A DNA stretch of 64,000 nucleotides from Erysipelotrichaceae bacterium (lineage in GTDB: Bacteria > Bacillota_I > Bacilli_A > Erysipelotrichales > Erysipelotrichaceae). The stretch spans positions 4,828 through 68,827 of the forward strand of contig JAFWGU010000011.1 in the NCBI GenBank assembly GCA_017512285.1, written 5' to 3'. This document shows, one piece after another, positions 17,595 through 26,475 of this stretch. Within the stretch, counting starts at the first letter, position 1, and every line of letters starts with the position of its first letter. Under the pieces are notes generated by a model. The model worked only from the letters and a program-made list of their open reading frames with translations, was not told the DNA's origin and ran no database searches. A program made the position numbers and the translations under genes.

Positions 17595-18569
17595 ATGGCA
17601 GAAAAGAAACAGAGTGTACTGGCACTGCTCGACATCCTGGTTGAAAACACCGATGAGAATCATATCCTGTCCACAAAACAGCTTCAGGAATTATTACAGA
17701 CCAAGTATAATCTCAACATTGAAAGAAGAACACTCTATTCCAACCTTGAGATGCTGGAACAGAGCGGTTATGTCATCAGTAAGTACGAAGATAACGGCAA
17801 AGGCTACTTCCTAGAAGAAAGACAGTTCGATAAGGGAGAAGTATTGCTCTTATGTAATGCCATTCATGCCTCACACTTCATCTCTGACAAGCAGAGCAGT
17901 CAGCTCATCAGAAAGCTGCTGTCTACCCAGAGCAGATACCAGGCTGCTGAATTCAACAACGCCGTATATCTGCCCAATCCTCAGAAGACCCCCAATAAGG
18001 AACTCATGTATAACGTAGGACTCATTTCTGAAGCCATCAGAGACAAGAAGGAAATAAGCTTTACCTACATGAAATATGACAGAAACAAGAACATGGTGCC
18101 CAGAAGAAAGGAACCATATGTTACTGAACCCAGATACATCGTCTACTCTGAAAGCCGGGGATATCTGATTGCCACCAACAAGAAACATCCGGAATCATTT
18201 ACTCATTACCGTCTGGACCGCATCAGCAAGGCTACCATGCTTGATGTTCCGGTTAATCCCTTGAGAAATCCCAAGGATGCCTATGAATATGCCCGTAACA
18301 AGCTGTTCATGTACGGTGGGGAAACCAATCATGTCATGTTCAGATGTCATGAAAGCATCATGGATGCGATGATCGACATCTTCGGTACTGAACTGTTCAT
18401 TACTCCCCAGGATGATCATTACTTTACTTTCTGGACTAATACCAGTAAGACCGGAGCCAAGTACCTTGCCCAGCAGTACATGGATTCAATGGAGATCCTG
18501 CAGCCGGAAGAACTCAGGCAGGAATTCCTGAGTGATCTGGAAAAAGTCGTGGATAATTACAGGAAATAG
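17595..18569 (+). CDS. WYL-domain transcriptional regulator (wHTH + WYL + C-terminal extension)
   Basis: The N-terminal winged HTH (ILSTKQLQELLQTKYNLNIERRTLYSNLEMLEQSGYVI) and the central region ISFTYMKYD...RGYLIA...FTHYRLDRI match the WYL pattern. Confidence 0.75.
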   Translation: MAEKKQSVLALLDILVENTDENHILSTKQLQELLQTKYNLNIERRTLYSNLEMLEQSGYVISKYEDNGKGYFLEERQFDKGEVLLLCNAIHASHFISDKQSSQLIRKLLSTQSRYQAAEFNNAVYLPNPQKTPNKELMYNVGLISEAIRDKKEISFTYMKYDRNKNMVPRRKEPYVTEPRYIVYSESRGYLIATNKKHPESFTHYRLDRISKATMLDVPVNPLRNPKDAYEYARNKLFMYGGETNHVMFRCHESIMDAMIDIFGTELFITPQDDHYFTFWTNTSKTGAKYLAQQYMDSMEILQPEELRQEFLSDLEKVVDNYRK

Positions 18570-18664
18570 AAAACTGTACGTTTTTTCTGCCAGATCAACA
18601 TGTATGCTGATAATGGGAATGAATTCATATATGAATCATTCTCATAAGGACAAGGAGGCAATAC

Positions 18665-18760
18665 ATGTTAACAGGAATTCTCGCCGCAATCGTTTTGATG
18701 ATCGGTTCTCCTATTATTACCCTGCTTGATCTGTTTGACGCAGTAAAGGGGAGAAAATAA
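18665..18760 (+). CDS. Candidate 31-aa hydrophobic micro-ORF (MLTGILAAIVLMIGSPIITLLDLFDAVKGRK)
   Basis: Hand translation. A perfect AAGGAGG lies 7 nt upstream of ATG 18665. One predicted TM helix. Followed by a strong terminator. Confidence 0.4.
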   Translation: MLTGILAAIVLMIGSPIITLLDLFDAVKGRK

Positions 18761-18784
18761 GTTCTTCAGAATAAGGCAAAAGAA

Positions 18785-18816
18785 AAAGGTGTGCTCACTG
18801 AGCACACCTTGTTTTT
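18785..18816. terminator. Bidirectional rho-independent terminator
   Basis: GGTGTGCT-CACTG-AGCACACC stem flanked by an A run (5') and a T run (3'). Sits between convergent units. Confidence 0.85.
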
Positions 18817-18830
18817 ATCATTCCACCAGA

Positions 18831-20210
18831 TTAGTTCTTGGCTTCCTGCTTTTTGCCTAAGAAGTATGTTACTGCGAAGGCGATGGCTACTGCGAGAACC
18901 ATGACACCCATCATGCCCCAGAAGTTGCCCATTGTTCCGTCAGGATTGAAGTAAGCTGCGAATGAGATGAAGCCAGGGTTAGCTACTACGAACTGTGTCA
19001 GTCCGAATAAGCCAGCCAGGAATCCACCAACGCCGCCGCCAACCATTGCGCCGATCAGAGGATATCTGTTCGGGAACAGAACGCCGTATACGCCAGGTTC
19101 GGTAATGCCTGATAAGGCTGTGATACCAGAAGAGATGCCTACGCCCTTCTTGTCAGCATCTTTCTGTAATAATGCATATGCCAGACAAGCGCCGCCTACG
19201 GCTACGTTTGCCGGAGCCATACCTGTACAGATAAGTGGGTCTGAACCAACTTCAGCAAGTAAGAGGAACAGAACTGGATATGTAGCGTTGTTCATTCCGA
19301 AGAATACCAGCCATACTGTTGTTGCACCGATGATGGCAACAGCCAGAGCCGGGAATGCGCGGTAGATTGCCAATACGCCGTTAGCTAATGCTGTACCAAC
19401 CCAGTAACCGATAGGACCGAGAACGATCAATGTTACAGGAACAACGATCAGCATTGTCAGAACTGGTAATAATACTGTTCTGAATACGACTGGCAGAACC
19501 TTCTGCAGGAAACGGTAAACGACACTCATGAATAATGTTCCCAGAACTACCGGGAAGATCTGGCCGTTGTAACCGATGCTTGCTACTGGAATGCCTAAGA
19601 AGTTGAGAACTTCAGGACGGTTAGCTGTAACATACAGCAGGATAGCGCCTAAGAATGCTCCGAGATATGGATTTGACTTTAAGCGTGATGCTGATGAGAA
19701 GCCAATGTATACCGGTAAGAAGTAAAGCATTGCCTGCTGAATGGCAGTTAATACGAATACTGTACCGCTTTCTGCGCTTAAGTGTGCGAATGTCTGTAAC
19801 AGGGAGATGACTGCACCTGTAAGACCACCGGCGATGAATACAGGAATGATTGGTGAGAATGTACCGCCAACATATGACAGGATAGCCTCAACAACATTGC
19901 CCTTCTTCTGTGTGTCCTGCTTTAAAGCTTCTGCATCATCGATTGAGCCGGCTGCCTTGATGTCGTTCTTGATGATTTCTTCATAAAGAGAAGCAACATC
20001 CTGGCCGATTACGAACTGCTGTTCGCCGTTCTGCTGGATCAGGTTAATGACGCCTGGAATCTTCTTTGCCTCTTCTGCGTTCAGCTTTGCGTCGTCTCTG
20101 AGATTCAGACGTAAGCGTGTCATACAGTGAGAAGCGCTTAAGATATTACCGACGCCACCTACAACAGCGATAATATCATCTGATAATTTCTTATAATCTT
20201 TCTTTGCCAT
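18831..20210 (-). CDS. PTS EIIBC component (beta-glucoside/sucrose family)
   Basis: EIIB motif HCMTRLRL plus a polytopic EIIC domain. Paralogue of 10832..12178. Confidence 0.9.
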   Translation of the reverse strand: MAKKDYKKLSDDIIAVVGGVGNILSASHCMTRLRLNLRDDAKLNAEEAKKIPGVINLIQQNGEQQFVIGQDVASLYEEIIKNDIKAAGSIDDAEALKQDTQKKGNVVEAILSYVGGTFSPIIPVFIAGGLTGAVISLLQTFAHLSAESGTVFVLTAIQQAMLYFLPVYIGFSSASRLKSNPYLGAFLGAILLYVTANRPEVLNFLGIPVASIGYNGQIFPVVLGTLFMSVVYRFLQKVLPVVFRTVLLPVLTMLIVVPVTLIVLGPIGYWVGTALANGVLAIYRAFPALAVAIIGATTVWLVFFGMNNATYPVLFLLLAEVGSDPLICTGMAPANVAVGGACLAYALLQKDADKKGVGISSGITALSGITEPGVYGVLFPNRYPLIGAMVGGGVGGFLAGLFGLTQFVVANPGFISFAAYFNPDGTMGNFWGMMGVMVLAVAIAFAVTYFLGKKQEAKN

Positions 20211-20245
20211 ATATTCTCCTTTCCCAATGAATATGTAAAGAATAA

Positions 20246-21754
20246 TTAGTTATTTTCCATCTTGGCCTTGATGTCGCTGGCGATTTGGCTTGTCTTTGTG
20301 AAGTCGCGCCATTCTGACATGTCATAGCCCCATTCCTGACCGTTTGACTTGATCAGCTTTGAATACCATTCAAATGAATCCTTCTTGTAACGCTTCAGGT
20401 CTCTGAGATCATCGTCTGTTCTGTTAACGAATACCAGACCGTATCTCTTGGCCATGCCGTTGCCGGTTGATAAGAGGTCAGTGAATGACCATGGATTGAA
20501 GCCGAATACTTCAACACCGTCAGCGATTGCCAGACCTACGTTGTAGATGTAGTCTCTCAGGTAATCAATGCGGTACTGGTCATGGATCTTGCCGTCTTCG
20601 CCCAGGTCTTCATGAGCGCCGAAGCCGGCTTCTGTGATTACCATTGGCAGATGATAGTGATCCCACAGATAACGTAAGGCATATCTCATTGAAACACCGT
20701 CAATGTGCCAGTCCCAGTCAGTGGTTTCTACATACTGGTTTCTGTCCAGTGCGTATTCACCAGGCAGATTGGTGTAGATGAATTCACCCTTGCGTCCGTA
20801 CTTATTCAGACCGATTTCCTGAACATATGATGGATCTGGCCACATGCCTACGTCGCTTCTGTAGCAGTTAACGGCGATGAAGTCGATCTTGGCCTGCTGT
20901 AACAGTTCCATGTCACCAGGCATGATACCCGGATCAATGTCGTTTTCCTTCCAGTAGTTTCTGACGAAGCTGCTGTAGTCTCTGTATGCATATGTATCGT
21001 CCCAGATCTTCTCTGTGAATTCCTCAGCGTTCATGGCTGCGATCTGATCTTCTGGCTTGCATGACTTTGGATAAATAGGTACATAGCCAGGAACAGGTCC
21101 GATCTTGCCGCCTTCAACCATTTCATGGCAGGCGATGACTGCCTTGGCGTGGCACATGTTCATGATGTGGTTAACCTGCCACTTTTCCTTGAACCAGTCC
21201 TTGCAGCCCTTTGAAACACCTAACCAGTGTCCGTATACGATCTGCATGTTCTGCTCATTGATGCTTAACCAGTACTTAACTCTGTCACCGAAGTTCTCAA
21301 ACAGAACACGGCAGTAGTAATCGAATTCATCAATGATGGCTCTGTTGTGCCAGCCGCCGTATTTCTCATCTACCCAGACAGGCATGTCATAGTGGTAAAT
21401 GGTAACGATTGGCTCAATGCCTGCAGCCTTCAGTTCATTGATCAGGTTGTTATAGAATTCAATTCCCTTTGGGTTAACCTTGCGGTCCGGACCCGGAATG
21501 ATTCTTGACCATGAGATGCCGAAGCGGTAGCTTGTGAATCCGCATTCTTTCATCAGAGCGACGTCTTCCTTGTAATGATGATAGTGGTCAGCTGCGATGG
21601 AGTTGTCAGCGAATGGCTTCTTGGTCTGAGAGTTCAGGTCAATGATGGCAGATGTACGGCCATCTTCCAGTGTAGCTCCTTCTACCTGCCAGGCAGCACT
21701 TGATGCGCCCCACAGAAAGCCTTTTGGAAAAACAGGATTGGTATTGTGCTTCAT
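20246..21754 (-). CDS. Glycoside hydrolase family 1, 6-phospho-beta-glucosidase type
   Basis: FLWGASSAAWQVEGA, acid/base SINEQ, nucleophile region MVITEAGFG (Ala in place of the usual Asn). Confidence 0.9.
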   Translation of the reverse strand: MKHNTNPVFPKGFLWGASSAAWQVEGATLEDGRTSAIIDLNSQTKKPFADNSIAADHYHHYKEDVALMKECGFTSYRFGISWSRIIPGPDRKVNPKGIEFYNNLINELKAAGIEPIVTIYHYDMPVWVDEKYGGWHNRAIIDEFDYYCRVLFENFGDRVKYWLSINEQNMQIVYGHWLGVSKGCKDWFKEKWQVNHIMNMCHAKAVIACHEMVEGGKIGPVPGYVPIYPKSCKPEDQIAAMNAEEFTEKIWDDTYAYRDYSSFVRNYWKENDIDPGIMPGDMELLQQAKIDFIAVNCYRSDVGMWPDPSYVQEIGLNKYGRKGEFIYTNLPGEYALDRNQYVETTDWDWHIDGVSMRYALRYLWDHYHLPMVITEAGFGAHEDLGEDGKIHDQYRIDYLRDYIYNVGLAIADGVEVFGFNPWSFTDLLSTGNGMAKRYGLVFVNRTDDDLRDLKRYKKDSFEWYSKLIKSNGQEWGYDMSEWRDFTKTSQIASDIKAKMENN

Positions 21755-21793
21755 GTTGGTTCCTCTTTTCTTCTATACTCACATTATAGGTAA

Positions 21794-21807
21794 TGAAAAC
21801 GCTAACA
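21794..21807. promoter_or_regulatory. cre (CcpA catabolite-responsive element) candidate
   Basis: TGAAAACGCTAACA matches every defined position of the consensus TGWAANCGNTNWCA. It lies 5 nt upstream of a minus-strand TATAAT (21783-21788). Confidence 0.6.
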
Positions 21808-21894
21808 ATCATTACGACATATGATACCATCACTTGTTTTTGGTATCAGTATATGACACCATTATGATATAATTTGGGTATAGAGGTACTACAT

Positions 21895-22725
21895 ATGAAA
21901 AAAGACCGCAGAATAGCCTTTAACATCCTGACCAGCCTGTTATCAATAATGAATCAGAACGATGAAAGCAATGTTGACTGCGTACTGGCAAAGTATCTTC
22001 TGGAACACCTTAACGAGATACCCAAGCTCAGCATCTACAAGCTGGCTGATGCCTGTTACGTTTCCCGAAGCTCCATACACCGGTTCGTCAGATCCTGCGG
22101 TTATGAATCATTCCGCGAGTTCAAGAAGGCTTCAGTAGATGCCGACATGCACCGTAGAAGATTCATTCAGTATACGGACTTTACCGACTATCCCGTTCAT
22201 CTCAAGTATCAGACCATGCAGATGATGGAAGACGTCACCAGAATAGCTGACTCCGAGGAGATGAACAGAACGATCGAAGCCATTCATGACAGTCGGGAAG
22301 TCGTCTTTCTCGTCGCCGATGATTCCAGTTCTCCGGTAAGAGTCTTCCAGCAGCAGATGACTGCCGTAAACAAGATCATCAGGGTACTGACAAGTTCAAA
22401 CACCAACCTGTCAATGATAGACAGTCTGACGGACAAAGATCTGCTGGTGGTCTGTTCCATATCCGGTAACTTTGCCATCATAATCAACGACGACATACAT
22501 GACATGTCCATGAAAAAGATCCTGCTGACAACCAACAGGACCACCTTGTTTTCATCATCGTATGATACCATATTCTATCTTTCCAGCTACCGCTTCAGTG
22601 CCTCAAGTAATCTGGTAGCCAGTCAGAACATTTATACGGCCTATAGCCTGAGTTACTTCCTGGACCTTCTGTTCCACTTCTATTATGTAAGATACCAGTC
22701 TGAACTGAAAAAGGATCCGCATTAA
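21895..22725 (+). CDS. MurR/RpiR-family transcriptional regulator (HTH + SIS domain)
   Basis: ORF track 21874..22725. ATG 21895 is preferred (AGAGG RBS). HTH KLADACYVSRSSIHRFVRSCGY. Divergent from the PTS/GH1 operon. Confidence 0.85.
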   Translation: MKKDRRIAFNILTSLLSIMNQNDESNVDCVLAKYLLEHLNEIPKLSIYKLADACYVSRSSIHRFVRSCGYESFREFKKASVDADMHRRRFIQYTDFTDYPVHLKYQTMQMMEDVTRIADSEEMNRTIEAIHDSREVVFLVADDSSSPVRVFQQQMTAVNKIIRVLTSSNTNLSMIDSLTDKDLLVVCSISGNFAIIINDDIHDMSMKKILLTTNRTTLFSSSYDTIFYLSSYRFSASSNLVASQNIYTAYSLSYFLDLLFHFYYVRYQSELKKDPH

Positions 22726-22739
22726 GATGCGGATCCTTT
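22710..22739. terminator. Bidirectional terminator overlapping the rpiR-like stop codon
   Basis: Perfect 13-bp stem AAAGGATCCGCAT-TAAG-ATGCGGATCCTTT between convergent genes. Confidence 0.85.
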
Positions 22740-22745
22740 ACTTAT

Positions 22746-23843
22746 TTATTCAGGAATAAGTTCTATCACTTCATACTGACAGTGAGCTTCCGTTCGATAA
22801 GGAAGATACCATCCGCCTATTCCCGGAGATACGTAGACCTTATTGCCGCCAACGTCATGTTCCCCATTCGCTATGAAGCCCGCCAGATTGTACAGCGTCT
22901 GCATCGGGAAGAACTGGCCGGCATGAGTATGTCCTGATAATTGCAGGTCTGCCTTCAGTTCCTTTATGTCATCGTAATTATATGGAGAATGATCTACACA
23001 TAAAACATATGCCTCTCTTGAGAAAGCCGGCAGCTGACTGACTGCCTTACGGGTATTCCTTGTCACGTCTTCTCTTCCTACCAGTATCAGGTCATTATCT
23101 ATCTCAACGACAGAATCTTCCAGAATGGTTATGTCATTCTTCTCTATGGCTGTTCTTACTTCCTCTTCGGTATATTTCTTACCTCCGATGTAGTCTCCTC
23201 TGTCCTGGCGGTCATGGTTGCCGTAAACGAAATATACGGGAACGCCAAGAGAACCAAGCTGCTGATAGGTCCATTCCATCTCGCTTTTTTCGGTGTGTTC
23301 ATCCGTAATGTCTCCGCCAAGCAGGATGAAGTCGGGCTGTAGTTCCTTGATCTCCTTAAATGCCTTCTCTACCGCTGACTGATTCTGAGCAGAACCGTAG
23401 TGCAGATCAGAAATGAATACGAAAGTATGTTTCTTCGACAGCTTTGTTGAAGTGTAACTCAGATGATTTGCCTTGATTATCTGCATGTTTATGGTTCCAT
23501 ACAGAAGTGAAGCAACCACCACCAATGCCAGAACCAGATATCTGTACTTATTACCCTTGCCGCTTCTGGCAGAAGAACTGAACTGCATCAGTATGTCCGC
23601 AGCACAGTCTGCCATAAGAGCAATGTCAAAAGCCATCAGAGGATAGTCAAACTTCCACATGAAAGGACTTGCCTCGGCAATCAGAAGATAAGCCAGGCCG
23701 ATTCCTGCCACTGCCTTTACAACAAAAAACAGAATTCTTAGACAGTTATTTCTGATTCTTCTGGTCAGAAAATATAACAGACTCATTACGCCAAAGCCAA
23801 GGATCCCACAGCCTGCCCAGGCCAGATACTTAAGAAACGTCAT
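22746..23843 (-). CDS. Membrane-anchored calcineurin-like metallophosphoesterase (YkuE-like)
   Basis: N-terminal TM helices plus the motifs DLHYG, GGDITDE, GNHD and GHTHAGQ. Confidence 0.85.
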   Translation of the reverse strand: MTFLKYLAWAGCGILGFGVMSLLYFLTRRIRNNCLRILFFVVKAVAGIGLAYLLIAEASPFMWKFDYPLMAFDIALMADCAADILMQFSSSARSGKGNKYRYLVLALVVVASLLYGTINMQIIKANHLSYTSTKLSKKHTFVFISDLHYGSAQNQSAVEKAFKEIKELQPDFILLGGDITDEHTEKSEMEWTYQQLGSLGVPVYFVYGNHDRQDRGDYIGGKKYTEEEVRTAIEKNDITILEDSVVEIDNDLILVGREDVTRNTRKAVSQLPAFSREAYVLCVDHSPYNYDDIKELKADLQLSGHTHAGQFFPMQTLYNLAGFIANGEHDVGGNKVYVSPGIGGWYLPYRTEAHCQYEVIELIPE

Positions 23844-23951
23844 GATCCATCCTCCTTACAACCATAATAATATCTTATCATAAACGCTTTCGTGTCATTC
23901 AGTTTACCGGAATATCTTTCTCATGTTACACTGAAAACAGAGGAAAACTGC

Positions 23952-25010
23952 ATGAATAATCTAAAATACATCTTTGTCCATGGCCTTTCCGGATGGGGAA
24001 GCTATGATGAACAGTACCAGAAAATGCCCTATTGGGGCATGAAAGGCGGAGACCTGATGGTCAGGCTGAGAAAAGAAGGCTTTGACTGCTATGCCGCATC
24101 CGTACATCCTTCCAGAAGCGCCTATGACCGGGCTTGCGAACTGTATGCCCAGCTTACCGGCAGAATTACCGATTACGGCAAGGTGCACTCTGAAAGAAAC
24201 GGTCACGAACAGTACGGACCGGACTTCAGAAACAGACCGCTCATGGATAAATTTGATAAGGATACCAGACTGGTACTCATCGGCCATTCCTTCGGTGGGG
24301 CAACTATCAGGACCTTTGCCCATCTGATGGCCTACGGTTCTCCTGAGGAAACCTACATTGACAGTTCTCTGTTCAGAGGCGGCATGACCGATAACATCTT
24401 TGCGATCGTTACCGTGGCAGCTCCGCATAACGGAACAACGGCTTACGACATGTACGAAGATCCTGGTTTTGATCCGAAAAGCATAAAAATACCTCTGGAT
24501 GAAAAGATCTTCAACCGCTTCATGAGTCTCAACAATTCAAGAAACGTTCCCGCCATTGCCAGAGAAGATCTGGCTTCGTATGACATGCACATTGACAATG
24601 CCATGAAACTTAATGAAAAACTGAAGGTACTGGAAAACGTCTATTACTTCTCACAGCCCTGCTGCTCAACGGAAGACGTTAACGGACTTCAGGTTCCGAT
24701 CAGAAAGGAAACGGAGATCCTGTACCGCCGTTCATCCCGCATCATGGGAGCCTACAGGGGCAGGACAGCCGGCGGCATGGTAATTGATGAAACATGGAGG
24801 CCAAACGACGGCCTGGTAAATACCATTTCAGCAGCCTACCCGCTTGGTCAGCCGCATAAGGACTTTGACCCCGATAACATTCAAAAGGGTACATGGAATG
24901 TCTTTGAGAAGGTAAAGGGAGACCATATGGCCTTACAGGGAGGTTTCTTCCGCAAGCGCAACATCTTCCCCTATTACCTTGATCTGCTGAAGTTAATTGA
25001 CAAACTGTAA
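23952..25010 (+). CDS. Alpha/beta-hydrolase lipase/esterase
   Basis: ORF track 23892..25010. ATG 23952 is preferred (AGAGGAAAA RBS). FVHGLSGWG..YWG and the nucleophile elbow GHSFGG resemble Gram-positive lipases. Confidence 0.75.
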   Translation: MNNLKYIFVHGLSGWGSYDEQYQKMPYWGMKGGDLMVRLRKEGFDCYAASVHPSRSAYDRACELYAQLTGRITDYGKVHSERNGHEQYGPDFRNRPLMDKFDKDTRLVLIGHSFGGATIRTFAHLMAYGSPEETYIDSSLFRGGMTDNIFAIVTVAAPHNGTTAYDMYEDPGFDPKSIKIPLDEKIFNRFMSLNNSRNVPAIAREDLASYDMHIDNAMKLNEKLKVLENVYYFSQPCCSTEDVNGLQVPIRKETEILYRRSSRIMGAYRGRTAGGMVIDETWRPNDGLVNTISAAYPLGQPHKDFDPDNIQKGTWNVFEKVKGDHMALQGGFFRKRNIFPYYLDLLKLIDKL

Positions 25011-25036
25011 AAGGTCCTTCAAACAGGACCTTTTTC
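25010..25036 (+). terminator. Rho-independent terminator
   Basis: AAAGGTCCT-TCAAAC-AGGACCTTT stem followed by TT. Confidence 0.85.
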
Positions 25037-25097
25037 ATTTATGGAATAATTTAGTGAATAACCGACAGGCAGTCATCATTCTGAATATGCCGGGCTG

Positions 25098-26450
25098 TCA
25101 GAATATTCCCTGAGCCATCATTGCTTCGGCTATCTTCATGAATCCGGCGATATTGGCTCCGGCTATCAGGTTATATCCCAACCCGTATCCCTTTGCCGCC
25201 GTGACGGATACCTCATGAATGTTTACCATCATTCTCTTAAGCTGGTCGTCTACATCCTGAGCAGTCCATGGCAATCTTTCCGAATTCTGCGACATCTCCA
25301 AAGCAGATACCCCAACTCCTCCGGCATTTACGGCCTTGGATGGGGCAACGATGATGCCAGTCTGAGAAGCCAGATAGTTAAGTGCCTCATTTGTCGTCGG
25401 CATGTTGGCTACCTCAATGTAGTACTTTACTCCTGACTGAGCGATCTTACGGGCACTGTTAATGTCAACGTCATTCTGCGTCGCAGCCGGCATGTAGATG
25501 TCTACGTCCTTAACACCCCAGAACTTCTCGCCTTCCACGAATTCACAGTTGAACTTTTCCGCATAGCTGCGGCAGTGCATTGGATCCGTTCTTCTCATTT
25601 CCAGAATGTAATCAAGCTTTTCCTCTGTTACGACACCTTCTTCATCATGAATGTAGCCGTCAGGTCCGGATATGTATGTGACCCTGGCTCCCAGCTGGGC
25701 AGCTTTCTTCATGATTCCCCAGGCTACGTTGCCGTAACCGGACACACCGATTCTCTTGCCCTTTATCGTATCTTTCTCATGCTTGAGAACTTCACACAGA
25801 TAGTATACTGCTCCATATCCCGTGGCTTCCGGTCTGATCAGCGATCCGCCATATACGGGATTCTTTCCGGTAATTACACCATTTTCAAAGTTAGCCTTGA
25901 GTCTTCTGTACTGGCCGAACAGGTAACCTACCTCACGTTCACCTACTCCCATGTCTCCAGCCGGTACATCGGTGTCTGGCCCGATGTATCTGTACAGTGC
26001 AGTCATGTAGCTCTGGCAGAACCTCATGATCTCCGCATCAGATCTGCCGCTTGGATCAAAGTCAGAACCACCCTTTCCGCCGCCAATCGGCAGACCGGTC
26101 AGGGCATTCTTGAAAGTCTGCTCAAAGCCCAGAAACTTGATGACGCTGTCATTGACGTTCTTCTGAAATCTCAGACCACCCTTATACGGGCCAACGGCCC
26201 CATTGAACTGACATCTCCAGCCTCTGTTGGTATGAACCTGGCCGTTGTCATCCGTCCATGTTACCCTGAAGGTAAACATTCTTTCCGGCTCCGTCATTCT
26301 GTGCAGCAGGTCCGCCTTTTCATATTCCGGATGCTGGTCGATGACCGGTGAAATGGATGTAAGAAGTTCCTCCACAGCCTGAATGAATTCAGGTTCATTG
26401 GGATTTCTTTCCTTTACATCGTTGATGACTTTCTGTACATAACTGTTCAT
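25098..26450 (-). CDS. gdhA: NADP-specific glutamate dehydrogenase
   Basis: ORF track 25098..26588. Start moved to ATG 26450 (AGGAGG RBS). Canonical GdhA sequence, including GGGKGG and the GYGNV dinucleotide fold. Confidence 0.95.
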   Translation of the reverse strand: MNSYVQKVINDVKERNPNEPEFIQAVEELLTSISPVIDQHPEYEKADLLHRMTEPERMFTFRVTWTDDNGQVHTNRGWRCQFNGAVGPYKGGLRFQKNVNDSVIKFLGFEQTFKNALTGLPIGGGKGGSDFDPSGRSDAEIMRFCQSYMTALYRYIGPDTDVPAGDMGVGEREVGYLFGQYRRLKANFENGVITGKNPVYGGSLIRPEATGYGAVYYLCEVLKHEKDTIKGKRIGVSGYGNVAWGIMKKAAQLGARVTYISGPDGYIHDEEGVVTEEKLDYILEMRRTDPMHCRSYAEKFNCEFVEGEKFWGVKDVDIYMPAATQNDVDINSARKIAQSGVKYYIEVANMPTTNEALNYLASQTGIIVAPSKAVNAGGVGVSALEMSQNSERLPWTAQDVDDQLKRMMVNIHEVSVTAAKGYGLGYNLIAGANIAGFMKIAEAMMAQGIF

Positions 26451-26475
26451 ATAAACCTCCTGATTATGCTGACTG

